A DNA stretch of 64,000 bases from Negaprion brevirostris (taxonomy: Eukaryota): assembly GCA_030324005.1 (NCBI GenBank), contig JARDVH010000025.1, positions 74,538,336 through 74,602,335 on the forward strand, written 5' to 3'. Position 1 is the stretch's first letter. Every line of letters begins with the position of its first letter. Shown here in pieces: positions 1-12,690 of this stretch. A model generated the notes under the pieces. It ran no database searches, was not told the origin of the DNA, and saw only the letters and a program-made list of their open reading frames with translations. A program made the translations under genes and the position numbers.

Positions 1-769
1 GGAGTTACCCAAGTTACAGTTACATGTGTTTGAACCAGAGCCAGAAAGAAACCAACTCCTGTGCTCTGCCTGGTTGATATTGGCTCGAATCCAGCATCCA
101 TGCCTCAGGTGGACTATTATTACTCACATTGAAGGTCAGATTGTGACCAATCTTGGAGCCCCATTGTGCAACATAATCATGGTATAAATAGCTGGCTCAG
201 AAACAAAAGAGATCCAACTCTCTGAACAGCCAACGTTAAAAAAAAGCAACAGACTCATTACTGTGTCTGGAAAATTATAGAGCTGAGGCTGATTTGAAAA
301 GGGCAGCGTTGGAGAACCTTGCTCATTACATCTTTCATACAGTGACTCAGAAGCCAAATATTGGAACCCTCAATACAGTACTAGTGCGATACACTCTGAA
401 CACACCTGAAGAGATTAGCGGCACTACCATGGCAAATTGGCCTCCTTTATTGATTACGGAAAAACTATGTGTGCCAGTCACAGTCCAGGGGCAACTCACC
501 AGGTGATAGGAGGACTGCAGATCTACTGACTGAGCTGCGGGTTAAGAACCCTTCATGGGCCTGGGCAGCAGTCAGGGGAGCCGGAGTCAGTGCAAGCTGT
601 CACTGATAGTTTGTCTGTGTTGAACACTCCAAATGCTCCTGCTCCTGCTCCATATTCAGATAAATATTTTCATTTTTAAGAAACATACCTTTAAGGTCCA
701 CTGGTTAGGCTGCATATAGGCACCAATCTTGATTGCAGTAGGCCCATCAGTCAGAACATTGAATAATGG

Positions 770-1020
770 AATTGTTGAATTGTACAAGACCTTGCTGAAG
801 CCACACTTGAAATACTGTGTCCAGTTCTGGTTACCCTATTATAGAAAGGGGAAAAGATTTACTAGGACTTGATGGTTCGAGATATAAGACGAGGCTGGAT
901 AGACTGGGACTTCTTTTCTCTGGAGCATAGAAGGCTGACGAGTGATCTTGTAGAGATCTATAAAATATTGAGGGGCACAGATCAGCTTGGTAGTCAGTAT
1001 CTTTTCCCAAAGGTATTGGG
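770..1020 (+). mobile_element. CR1-type LINE ORF2 C-terminal fragment (decayed)
   Basis: From 780: LYKTLLKPHLKYCVQFWLPYYRK, then FSLEHRRLTSDLVEIYKILRGTD. Matches CR1 motifs LYKxLVRPHLEYCVQFWSP and FSLExRRLRGDLIEVYKI. Confidence 0.85.
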
Positions 1021-1059
1021 AAAAGATATCTTTTCCTGCCTCCAGAACAAAAAGACATG

Positions 1060-1760
1060 AAATTATAGTGTGTCCTTCACAACTTCAGGATGTTCTAAAG
1101 AGCTTAACGACCAATAAAGTGCAGTTGAAATACGAACAGCAAGGTGGCAAAGTGGTTAGCATTGCTGACTCATAGTGTCAGGGACCTGGGTTCGATTCCC
1201 AGCTTGGATCACTGTCTGTGTGGAGTTTGTACATCCTCCCCATGTATGTGGTTTCCTCTGGGTGCTCTGGTTTCCTTCCACATTTCGAAAGACGTGTTGA
1301 TTAATCGCATTAGCCATGCTAAATTCTCCATTGGCATACACGAACAGATGCCTGAGTGTGGCAACTAGGGGATTTTCATTGTAACTTCATTGCTATGTTA
1401 ATGTAAGCTTACTTGTGACACTAATAAATAAACTTTAAACTTTAATGTTGGAAACACAACAGCCAGTTTGCAAGTTCCCACAAACAGCAATGTGATACTG
1501 ACCAGAGAATCTGTTTTGGTGATGTTATTTAAGAGTTAAATGTTGTCCAGAACATTAGGGAGAACACCCTGCTCTTGTTCAAAATAGCACCATGAGACTT
1601 TTTACCTTTGAGTCCAGGCTGGGTCTTGGCTTAATGGCTTATTTAAAAGATGGCATCCCTGACAGAGTTGCTCTACTGCACTGGAGTCTCAACCTTCATT
1701 TTTGTGCTCAAGTTTCTGGAGTGGGACTTGAACCTGCAACCTTCTGCTTCAGAAGAAGGG
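1060..1760 (-). mobile_element. Deu-domain SINE (SacSINE1-like), interrupted by a V-SINE
   Basis: Reverse-complement tRNA head (gagtgggacttgaacctgcaaccttctg, about 1720-1750), Deu core (cccacaaacagcaatgtgata...aaaatagcaccatgagac), and tail resuming at 1060-1135. Confidence 0.75.
1138..1444 (+). mobile_element. tRNA-derived V-SINE (HE1-like head and core)
   Basis: A box tggcaaagtgg, B box ggttcgattccc, V-domain tgtgtggagtttgtacatcctcccc...ggtgctctggtttcc. Tail ends in aataaataaactttaaacttta. Confidence 0.85.
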
Positions 1761-4104
1761 TTCAGCAAAGGAGTTCACTGCCATGATTCTCATGATTATC
1801 TCCTCCTCCCCTTCTTTTGGTCCTTCTTTTGCTGGACCAGGACAAATCTGACACCACCTCCCAATTAGTGAGAGTTGTATCTAAGCCTTCCAAGGAGATA
1901 CTTATAGGTATTCTTGGGAGATCTGCAGAAATGTGCATATTCTAGAGGGAGAGAAGGAGAAAAATTCACTTGAGCTACTCATTGAATTTTGGAAGTTAGT
2001 AAATAGTCAGTAAATTTGGGTCGGCTAGAATATAGGCAGCAACTTCCAATAGGTTCAATGGCATGAAACTTATTTGAAGTTATAGTTAAAATTCACCCGT
2101 GTGTGGAACAATGATAGGCTTATCAAGTTACCATATTCATACTGTTTTCATTTTGTTCATTGGCATGTACCTAATTCACATGGGATGATTTCTTGCCAAC
2201 CTTGCGTATCTGACACTTCCATGTGTTGTTAATAGATATGCTGTAGTCTCATGAAAATATATAAAACAAAACCTGGACAGTTTTCCAGCAATCATTGCAA
2301 GCATTGGGTCTTTCTTCCAAGTATGAATTTACTGTCATCATATGCCTTTGATGTAATGTACAGAACACAAGGTAGTAACCAAAATCAGTGTTATCATCTG
2401 CATGGCACACCAGACAACTGATGGGATATCTTCCTGTCAAATTAACATTAATGCATAATGTTGTTAAACTAAAATGTGTACTTTCTGCTTTCTTTAATAG
2501 TCACGGTGGTATCACCTATAGTGTGCACACAAATTAACTTAACATTAGCTTGGTGCTGCTCTTAATATTAATGACCCATGCTGCACATATATCAAATGAT
2601 GTTTGTAACAGTTGCCAGCAGTGGGCATTATCATTTTACTCGGATCTTACCATGATTGTTTGGTAAATTGATTGGTGACTCCTGAAAGGGAAAAAAATTA
2701 GCATGTATGATTGAGGGTGAGAGTTAAAGGGCAGGAGAGTGAAGAATGAGAGGCTTGGAATCAGGAGTAGTGCCAGAGTCCATGATTTCTCTCTCTGACC
2801 CTGCTGACCAGGCTTTGAGTTCACCTGTAACATTTCAGTTGGCCCTGCTGAGAGTGATCTTGAACCATTTCCTTTACAATGCTGAGCCTGCAAAAACAGC
2901 CAGGTCTCGCAGAGTGGTGAGTACAACACTGGATACCAACATGAACGTTCAATAAAGGGTAAAGAAAAAATCCACAATATTATTTCTTCACAAATGAAGG
3001 AAATGGCTCCAGCTCCACTGTAACCATCAGTGCATGCCAACTATGAGGTGTACCAGTATACTTAGCTCTCTGATGAAGCTCATCTCAACAAATCATGATA
3101 ATGCACATGTGAATAAAGTGAAACAAGTGCAATGTGAAATGTTTACAAGTAAAATTTAATTTTGAAGAACATCTGTGCCACTTTTGTGCTCCCAAGTCAC
3201 ACATTAACCGTAGTGTAGTTGGACAGGAAAGCTGTGGCGGTGAGGCAGAGCCTCCCTGTTCGTTTAGCTGATGCTCTTCTAGCCTGCATGTGCCTGCTGC
3301 ATTGTCAGCTGATGGCAGGTTCGCCAATGGAAAGCTGCTTAATCACATGTGCTTTTTAAGCACACAGTCAGCACTTATAATTTTAATTGTAAGCACGTGG
3401 GAGACAGGAAAAAGAGAGAAAGTGTAAGTGGCACACAGATCGGTTACAAAGTCGGGAATGCTTTTAAGAAAATTCTGCCCTTAATATATTATTTTATTAC
3501 TGGTATCAAGTTGAATAAGTTAAGTCCTGAACTTTTTGTTCTGTGTACTGGAGGGCCCGGACATGGATGTGAAATATGTTCCAAGCCTTGATTGGTCCTG
3601 GTGCGTGGTTTCACTCTGGCCAATTAATGTCCATTTAGCATAAAGCATGCTCTGTGAAAGGTTGAGCACTGCTATGGAGTACAGGAAAAGGGCGGGGGTT
3701 GAGAAAGGGGAGTGCACAAGCAGACGTTTCCAATGAGCTTCCTCAGGGGTCAGCCGCTGCAGAGCTGTCTCAGGGACTGCTGACCAGTGAAAAATAAATA
3801 TCAATGTTAAACTTAGTGTCTGGGCAGCACAATTGTACACAAACTTCTGTCCCCAGAAAGACTTGTTAATCTTATTTCAGCCCTCACCTTTCATCACACT
3901 CTGAATCGCGATTGCAACTTAAACATAGCCAATCGACCCATCCACCAACTATAAAGGCAGACAGGCAATGTAAAATCCCCAACGCGCGCAGTGACATTGG
4001 GATGTGTTCCTGATGATTTCTCACACTATTTAACATGCTTTCAGGTTCGGCACGCACCCAGCTCAGCCACGTAACATTCTGGCCTAAGAGTTTATGATAA
4101 CGTT

Positions 4105-4335
4105 TGCAACTTTCCTAGGCTGCTTCAACAGCACCTTGTCCAACGCATGCCCTCTGCCGCTCATAAGGATGATAGCAACAGGAGCATGGAAACATCATCA
4201 CCTCCAAGCTGTCCTCCAAGTCGCACACAATTCTGACTTGGAACTAAACCCCCTTCCTTCTTCATGTTTGGGTCAAAATCTAACTACAGGCTTTGTGGGA
4301 GTACTTTCACCACATGGAAACCACTGCAAGGCACA
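4105..4335 (+). mobile_element. LINE 3' UTR fragment (same family as 57040-57630)
   Basis: Similar to 57310-57540 (cttcaacagcacctt...catggaaacatcatcacctccaag...tctgacttggaa...gggtcaaaatc). Confidence 0.6.
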
Positions 4336-5627
4336 TAATTTAAAAAGAAAAAAAGGGTAAGATGTAGCTCTGCTTCCATGTATGTCTCAGATCATATCTG
4401 AGGTCATCGAGACCTCAAAGGTTCTTGGATCCTGAAACAGACAATGATTTTATGGCTTATTTGGCTTCACTCATGCCGTTAGCATTTGGCTGAGTTTTCA
4501 TCGTTCTAAATTTTCTCAGGCTGCAAGTTCTAAAATAAGTTTATAGACTCAGTATTCTTTTTCATATAAGTCCATCTCTCCCTCTGAAATATTTAACCAT
4601 AATATAACCAATCTATGTATGTTAATTTGAGACTATGGTCCCTCAAAGGCCTTTTGTGGCCTGTCCATTTCATCACAGTTTCCTTTTTTTGGGAGGATCT
4701 AAATGCAACGCACATCAGATTTTAGCATAATGTTAATTCTGATGAGAGAGCAAATTCTTAGAAGGATGTCTATTTATTCCAGACCTGAGTCACATTTTCT
4801 TTTCACAGAAAGAGTATGACCTGGGCTAGGAGCGAGAAAACCTCTTGTTTTCTGACTGACAGTGAAAGGTTTGAAGGTAATCGCCGCACCCATTGAACAA
4901 ATCAACAAAGTGAGGCAGGTATTTCTTTACACCTGAAATTGAGCTTGACAACTTAAACAATGGTATGGCAATCACTTAGTTCAATTAGCTGAATAATGCC
5001 AACAGTGCAGTTTGATTTCTGTCCCAGCTGAGGTAAACTTGGGACCTGCCTCTTTGTCTTACCCCTGAGAGTGGAAGGCAATGGAAAACCACCACTGATA
5101 AATGGAAATGACTCGGGATGAAATATCAGCAGAGAACAAGCCAAGGACCCTCCTTCACGCTGAGTGTGTGATGGTAATGAACTTTGACAATGTCCCAAAA
5201 GTAAGGAAAGTCAGATACCTTGCATTTTGAGCAATAATAATAATAATACCTTGAGTGTCTGGTAGCAGTCTTTATTATGGGAATATGTTAAAGAGGCAAA
5301 ATGTCTATGTTAAGTCTCACCACACAGGACATATTTCCTTTCTTAGTTGAGAATCTGCCATAGAATACTTCAATAAACCTCAATGACTATTTGATAAATC
5401 TTATTACATTTTATCCAGTCTTTAACATAACCAATATTGTGAACCTTTTATCGAAATATGTGAACATGCGTAATTATCAAACACTCGCCACACAAGTACC
5501 AGTGTTAAAAACTGAACTGTATTTAGTTATGTTTAATTAACATCAAAATTTATAATTCAAGGGCAAAAGTTGGATATAATCAAAAGTTTATCTGCATTGA
5601 ATTGAAACATAATCATAACATTAGTTA

Positions 5628-6228
5628 AAAGAAAGATACTTTTGTGTTTATATAGTGCCTTTCACAGTTCAGGACATCCCAAAGAGCTTCTATAAATACT
5701 TCGAAAGCATTCTGTAATGGAATGAAATATGGTAGTCAGTCTGTGCACAGCAGGGTCTCACAAACAACAATGTGATTATGAGCAGGTATTCAATTTTACT
5801 GAAATTGGTTTGTTGATAGCTGTTATGAATGTACGTATCGATGTATAGTGCAAGAGGAACCATAAAGTAGGCTTCGTTACTTAAAAACTGGGTAATTCTT
5901 TATAATAGGTCTGACAAACTGGGGAATTCTTTATTAAAAGTGTGCGCTGTTCCACAGTCAGATCCTAGTGTGTTTAACCAGATTCCACACTGGAAGGAGC
6001 CATTCCTGTGGGGGAGGTGGGGGAGGGGGTTCCTGACCCACACTATTAGAGGGGCAGTATGCACCCAAATTCCCTGCATATATTTATGCATATATTACAA
6101 TAGCCATTGGTCAGAAGAACACAATTCTTGAGTATAGTGCCATGGGATCTTCTACATCCACCTGAGAGTCCGACTGGGTCTCAGTTTAATGCCTTATGTG
6201 AAAGACGGTATCTCCAGCACTGCAGTCC
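5628..6228 (-). mobile_element. Deu-domain SINE (SacSINE1-like), split by a solo LTR
   Basis: Tail tttatatagtgcctttcac...ggacatcccaaagagc at 5647-5690. Deu core tagtgccatgggatcttctacatccacctgagag...cagtttaatgccttatgtgaaagacgg at 6135-6210. Confidence 0.8.
5821..6099 (-). mobile_element. Solo LTR (279 bp) with 5-bp target-site duplication
   Basis: Begins TGTTAT and ends ATTACA (TG..CA). Flanked by ATAGC at 5816-5820 and 6100-6104. TTTATT at about 5930 gives AATAAA on the minus strand. Confidence 0.75.
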
Positions 6229-8129
6229 AAGAAAGTGACACTGTGCATATCAATTTCTAACACCCCATTGACTTTTGAAAAACTTTTACACAGATCATGT
6301 ACTTAGAAATGAAGACATTTTTCTTGTATTAATACTAAATAATCAACAACTTACCTGGTACAGCACTAAACTGATGGAATACAATTATTGATAAAGGTGG
6401 CATAAAAAATTACTTTCCACAAATGTTAGAAGTCTCAAATTGGAATTTCTTTGCCATGTATCTATCACAAGATCATTGTCCCAAGAGACTGATGGTGGCA
6501 TACCAGTTGTTTAAGGTATTATGGAGACATTACATTGATGATCAAAGCTCATCGTAACATTCTGTTCCAAAGAATCATATTGGACTCAAAACATCCACAG
6601 CATTTTCTGTTTGTGCTGCAGATTTCCAGCATCTGCAGTATTTTGTTTTTACGAGTCTAACAACTGAGCTTGGATTCAGGTTGGAGCACAGAGAATGAGT
6701 TGCATGTACAAAGGTAGGAGAGCAAAGTGATCAGGAGAATTGATGAGACCTTTGGGAATTTAAATGTGATCGTATCAGAATACAGAATTCTGAAATGTAA
6801 TATAATACTCTGCCACAATGAATGGAGTTTGCAGCAACTCACTAACTCTATTATAACAGAATCTTGTCTCCACACAGTATAAATAGACTTTGGACAAGTG
6901 AAGTGTATTTTTAAAAGACCTTTGTGTTATGTAATCTTGCAGGGGCTCAATTACAGTGTAAGGCAAAAGACCCTCTGTCTGATCTACATTCAGATCTAGG
7001 TGCCAAAGGTGAAATAGATAATGTTGTGGCGCACCACACAACTTATTTCTTTTGCAACCACTTATGTAGGCCACCTTAACACAAATGTAAAAATTAACTG
7101 TGGGGCTGTTGAGAGTCTGAGCAAATTTATGCTATATGCTTCAACAAGGTTAATGTTTAACAATGTCATGTACATTGGTAATAGCAATCACATATTTGCA
7201 TGACTTTATTATCCATATATTTGTTCAAATAAAAAGCCCTGAAATTATCGAGCCAAATTTTGCTGTGGTGTGTAAACATTTTATTTTCCTGGAGGCTCAT
7301 TCAACAAAACCTCTCGATCTGTCTGCCTGATTTGTGGTTTTAATCAATTTTGTGCTCATTAATTTTAATCGCTGCAAAATCAGAACTGCTCTGAATTGGC
7401 CATAATGACCTTCATTCCTAACTCTCTGATCTTCACACTGGGACCAGAAACTTGCAATTTTAGGCAGCGTACATTTCTTCAACATTCATCTTGCTAGTAT
7501 TATACATCGTACTGTAAATACTGGTTGAAGAGTGGATAGTTTAATTAACCAGTCTTGTTAGTGTTTTGATAGACATTTCAAAAATATAAAGTATTTGTTG
7601 AGTTTGCATATTCTGGAAGGGAACCATTTTAATTCTCTCCACATAAAACAGTGAGTTAATATGCTATTTGACAGATTTTACCAGCAACAGTGGACAGATT
7701 TTGGATGTCATTATAACGTTCAGTCTCTTGAGAAAATGTAATATGTTGAAGAGCTTTCAAAGCATCTGAAAAGGTTGACGTATTTTAATAAGCAGAATAA
7801 CTCTAAACTATCAATGCACACATTGATATGAAGAGATATTATGTGAACGGCCTAATTGTAATTGAACTCTTTTCCTTGGCTAAGACAAGAAACTTTACAT
7901 TGGTTTCCCATAATTTAAAGCAACACTGAAATGTGGCTCAGAAATAAAGGCAGGTATTGTTTCAAACTGTTTGCACTGATAACATCTTTGATCACTGCTG
8001 ACTGCTTCTTTCACCTCATGGAAAAAAACTTAACTTGTAAACCTGAAAGAACTCTGGATTATACATCCCTTGTGGCCATTTTCTACATATATCCATTTGT
8101 TACCTACACCATATGCTTATAAAAAGTTG

Positions 8130-8720
8130 TCATTCTGACCTAGAAATATTTGACAGATGAAAAAGGGGAATACACTTACACAGGAAGGTTTTAATTGGAA
8201 TTAAGGGCAAGGGGGACATTGATAAGCAGATAAAAGGATTGTTAAAGGTGGCAGCATAATTGATAAATGTTATAAAAAGGACAAATTGAATTTTGTGGAT
8301 AAAAATATAGGACACAGAAACAAAGAGATACTGTTGAGTTTGTATGTACTTACTACAGTGTAAGTATTGAGTTTAGATTTGGGCACTTGTAGGAAGGTCA
8401 GAAAGGTAACGCAATAGGTTTAACTTGCGTTCACTAGGAGGTTGCTGGGAATGTGAGAAGTTGAGAGCATTTTTCTGATGGGATTGAGAATGTTATGAGA
8501 TGGTGGTCTGTGAAGCCCTGAGGATGAAGGTAGACAATGGCAGATTATTTACACTGTTGGTGAAGTGACCACAAAAAGGTACAAATTTAAGTCATTTTGT
8601 GAGAAAAATGAAAGGTGAAGTTGAAGGAATTTCTTTACATAGAGGATAGTTAAATGTTAAATAGTTGTACCGAGATGCTTACTGCGAAGATGTCCAAGGG
8701 ATGCTTTGTACCGATCACTA
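8130..8720 (+). mobile_element. Highly decayed CR1-type LINE 3' region
   Basis: Residual CR1 ORF2-end motifs, e.g. ggtacaaatttaag...gaatttctttacatagaggatagttaaatg. Confidence 0.5.
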
Positions 8721-11700
8721 ATTGGAGATTTTTGATTGGTATGTTTGATGGGAAGGTTCACTGATGGGAAAGTGTCAGTTTCGCACTGCAGCTTGGAAGT
8801 GTTTGGAATTAAGAAAACCTGCTTTTTCTCTTTAGAGAGCACTTTCAGTTTTTTACATAGGATGGAATCTTGCTGAGACGTTGGTGTCTCATCTCCTGAC
8901 TGATGCATTGGTGACAGGCACACGCTGCCTCTTCTTGAGAAGGTCTGATGAATTACATGCCCATCAGGCAGAGGCGAGGACAGCGGTGTGCCTTTCTCTG
9001 GAATCAAGACCTGGGCAGCACAGGTCTTGCCGACCAATCAGAGACTGTGGCTGTTGCTAGAAGGATAGGCACTGGATCCCAGGATGCTGGAACAACCCAG
9101 GTCACAGGTAAGTAATGTGGGGGATGGAGGGGTTTTGAGGGATGGAAGTGATGGGCAGAGGGGTCAGCCCCACGAGCAGGTGGNNNNNNNNNNNNNNNNN
9201 NNNNNNNNNNNNNNNNNNNNNNNNNNNNNNNNNNNNNNNNNNNNNNNNNNNNNNNNNNNNNNNNNNNNNNNNNNNNNNNNNNNNNNNNNNNNNNNNNNNN
9301 NNNNNNNNNNNNNNNNNNNNNNNNNNNNNNNNNNNNNNNNNNNNNNNNNNNNNNNNNNNNNNNNNNNNNNNNNNNNNNNNNNNNNNNNNNNNNNNNNNNN
9401 NNNNNNNNNNNNNNNNNNNNNNNNNNNNNNNNNNNNNNNNNNTGACTGAGGTGGGAAGATGGTGGGGTTCTGGTATACTACCATCCGACCCTTTCCACCT
9501 CCAAGCTTGCCAACAGAGAGGGCAGAGAATTCTGTCCCTAGTGTGATGCCTAAATTTAGACAAAGAGGAAATGTATTCATAGATAATTGTAGTATATTCA
9601 GAATTATAGACAATAGTAACAGATCTTCCATGGAATTGTTTACTGAAAGTGAAATGACACTTATTTATAAAGGCAGTGGCATTTGTCCAAGTCCCAGATG
9701 AGGTGCTAGCTGCTGCTCAGGGTGAACCTGTGTGTAACCTGTACTTTCTTCAAGGGTGTCCGGTCTGTTATATTTTAGGTGACTTAGTTGCATATCATGG
9801 AGCCTCACAGACCACATCTAAAAGTGTAAATCAACATGCCTGCATATATCAAGCCATAAATACTTGGCAATTTAAGTGTGTGGATTTAGGATTTATCCAA
9901 AATGAGGCAGCAGCTTATAGGGGATTCTCACAGTAACTTCACTGCTAATGTAAGCTCCTTGTGACTAATAAATAAATAAACTTTAAACTAAGAACAACCA
10001 TTTTCAGGTCCACAGACATACAAAATTCAGAGAACAAAAGCATTGGGTAGAACAATAAAATTAAATATAGTTAGTTGCCTGAGTTCCAAGAGCTAGATTG
10101 CTANNNNNNNNNNNNNNNNNNNNNNNNNNNNNNNNNNNNNNNNNNNNNNNNNNNNNNNNNNNNNNNNNNNNNNNATCCATTGGAGTTTAATGCTTTTTCA
10201 TGCAAACTGAAGCCAATGGAGCAGGCTCTCTGAAATTGACAGGAAATGTCTGTTTTCCGTTCTTTTACTATTTCTATTTCAGTGTGTCACAGAAATTTGC
10301 CATGTGACAAAATGAGACATTTAAAATGTGATGCGTTTCAAAGATCTTGCATCAAAATAGGGATCTCCCAAGGTAATGCTTGTTGCACTTTGGATGATGT
10401 GCAGGAACCTTTTGGACGTGTCGTGCGCAATGCATTCTGCTCCTTAGGTGAAGGTGCGTTCCTTTAAAGGCACAATTGCTCAGTGAATAAAGTTGAAATG
10501 TTTGGTCAGAGACCTTCAGAGGTGGAACTATGCTTTGCAATTTTGGGAGGTTAAATGTGTAAGTCATTAGGAATTTGTATTTTAAGATTCCTTTGCACTT
10601 GTGACAATCTACTACAGCAGGAGTAAGATGCCTGCATGCCCCTACCAGGCAGGCTTGATTTTCCTCTTCGGGCACAATCCGCAGTCTAATTTGGAAATGT
10701 GCATATCACCAAGTGGTAAATCTGCCGCAAACCAACATAATCTGGCAGCAACTCAAACCATTTTTTTAAAAAATCACTTCAAGAAATATTGTTTGATATA
10801 TTTAAAAGTACTAATTTGATGCAATTTAATTAATACAAACAAATGAATGTGTATCACATAAAATAACAGTTTTTAATCACAGTGTCAATCCACCATTTGT
10901 GAGTAACCTGATTCTAAATGAAAAGTTACATTCAAATGCTTTTAGAAGGTGCCAGATAGCCTCCTGTACGCCCAAAGCAACTGTGGCTCTGAGAGCTCCT
11001 CAAAGACCTGAAAATCACTACAGTTTATGGAAACACCTAATGATGATCACTCTATTCTGAGGGCACTGTCAGTGTTGTGAATTAAGCTATTTTAAAGCAG
11101 AATATTTTTGAAATGAAGGTAAAAATTGTGGAAACATGATTTCTGCTGACTGCAATTTACACTTTGAGTTCTCTAACCCTCTGCATAGGTTGTGCTGACT
11201 TAGGGCAACAATATAACCAAGTGTAAGTTTGACCCTGATATTTTTAATGTGTTAAAAGCTGGCTGTTCTATGATTTTTTATTGCATTGATAGCTGATGGT
11301 TTTAACATGAAGAGGTTTTACAGCCTCGCTCAGGTGAGACCAGAAATTCCCGCTGAATGGAAATTTCTGTTGTCTGAGCCTCGCCTGCACCAATTCCATG
11401 GCGGGTGAAGTGGTAGAGTTTCAATATTATGCCATATTTTGTTTATGTGTTATGTTGGGTTGTGTCTGTCATGTTGTCAAGACAATAAAAGGCCATCACA
11501 CCCATATACATTTACCACCCCACTTTGTGCCAAACTAATTCTATATGACAATTTCTCCTGATTTGCTCACTTCCAGGAAGAGGCCAAACAAAGCACAGAA
11601 ACCAGTCACCCCGTTCAGGGGAATGTTATCAAATATTCCAATTTTATCTCATAAAAGCTAATCGTTGTCTCAGAGTAATTTTATCATGGGTACAGATATT

Positions 11701-12399
11701 ATCGTTACAGTCAAGTCTAGAATGAGTAGAGGAAGCTCCCTAGGTTTGGGAGTAGAATCTATACAGAAGAAAAACACATTCCTTGTAATAGCTTCATTTG
11801 GTAACTCAAAAATTGTCAAAAAGTAACACTACAACATTTTATTGTGCCATTCACATTTTGCAGTTGCTCTTGGTAAATGTTCACTGTGGTTTATCGCAGT
11901 TCATTCCAAGCATTATAGTAATTCCATATAAGCAGGTTGGTTGTAATCCCCATGATGACTGTCTGACACAATTTTGCCCCAGGAAATTAAGCTTTCTCGT
12001 CCTCACCACCAAATTATCCTATCACAAGAGCTGCCATGTTGCATTTTTCATAATTTTATATTCCTCGTGAGATTATGTGAAAATTGTGACAAGCCTGAGG
12101 CATCCCTCAGACATCCAGAAATTTTAACCAGTGGCTGGAAATTATCTCCTCTCCCCAACCCAGAAGGCAACAACAATATCATCACCTTTTCCAGTGAAAT
12201 AACCCAAGCCACAAACAGAGTAGTTTATATGGGGAAAAAATGTTTTTTCCTGCATATATATCAACTTTATAGATGCCTGGCGTCTGTGGGCTGATACCTT
12301 AAGATGCAAGACATTTGAGGTCTGGTGACTTTTAAAAAGAAAATATTGCTGATTCTTTGGATGTGGGTGCGATTGCAATGCTGCATTTATTTTCAATCT

Positions 12400-12690
12400 C
12401 TGTTTGAGCTCAGAAGTTGGTGTTAGGTTTTCTTTTCAACTGCTGTAGCCCTTGTGGTGATGATAGTCCATTGTAAGTATTAGGTAATGGATTTTAGGAT
12501 TTTTACCCAGCAGCAATGATGGCACAGCGGTATAGGTTCAAGTTGGGATGGCGTGAGACTCAGAAGGGAACTTAGAGTTGAATATAGTTGTATAACGTGA
12601 ATGCTGTGGTCATTCTTGGTGGTAGAGGAAAAGGAGTTTCGAGGAGCTCTTAAAGTACTCTGGTGAGTTGCTGCTTTGCATCTATCATAC
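12400..12690 (-). mobile_element. LINE 3' fragment (family of 57040-57630), decayed
   Basis: Reverse complement resembles the 57260-57560 region (ttttaggatttttacccagc, ggtgagttgctgc). Confidence 0.5.

Noticed and set aside
1143-1202. tRNA-like A/B box sequences (also at 46997, 40670, 53035)
   Set aside because: These are SINE heads continuing into SINE cores, not cloverleaf tRNA genes.
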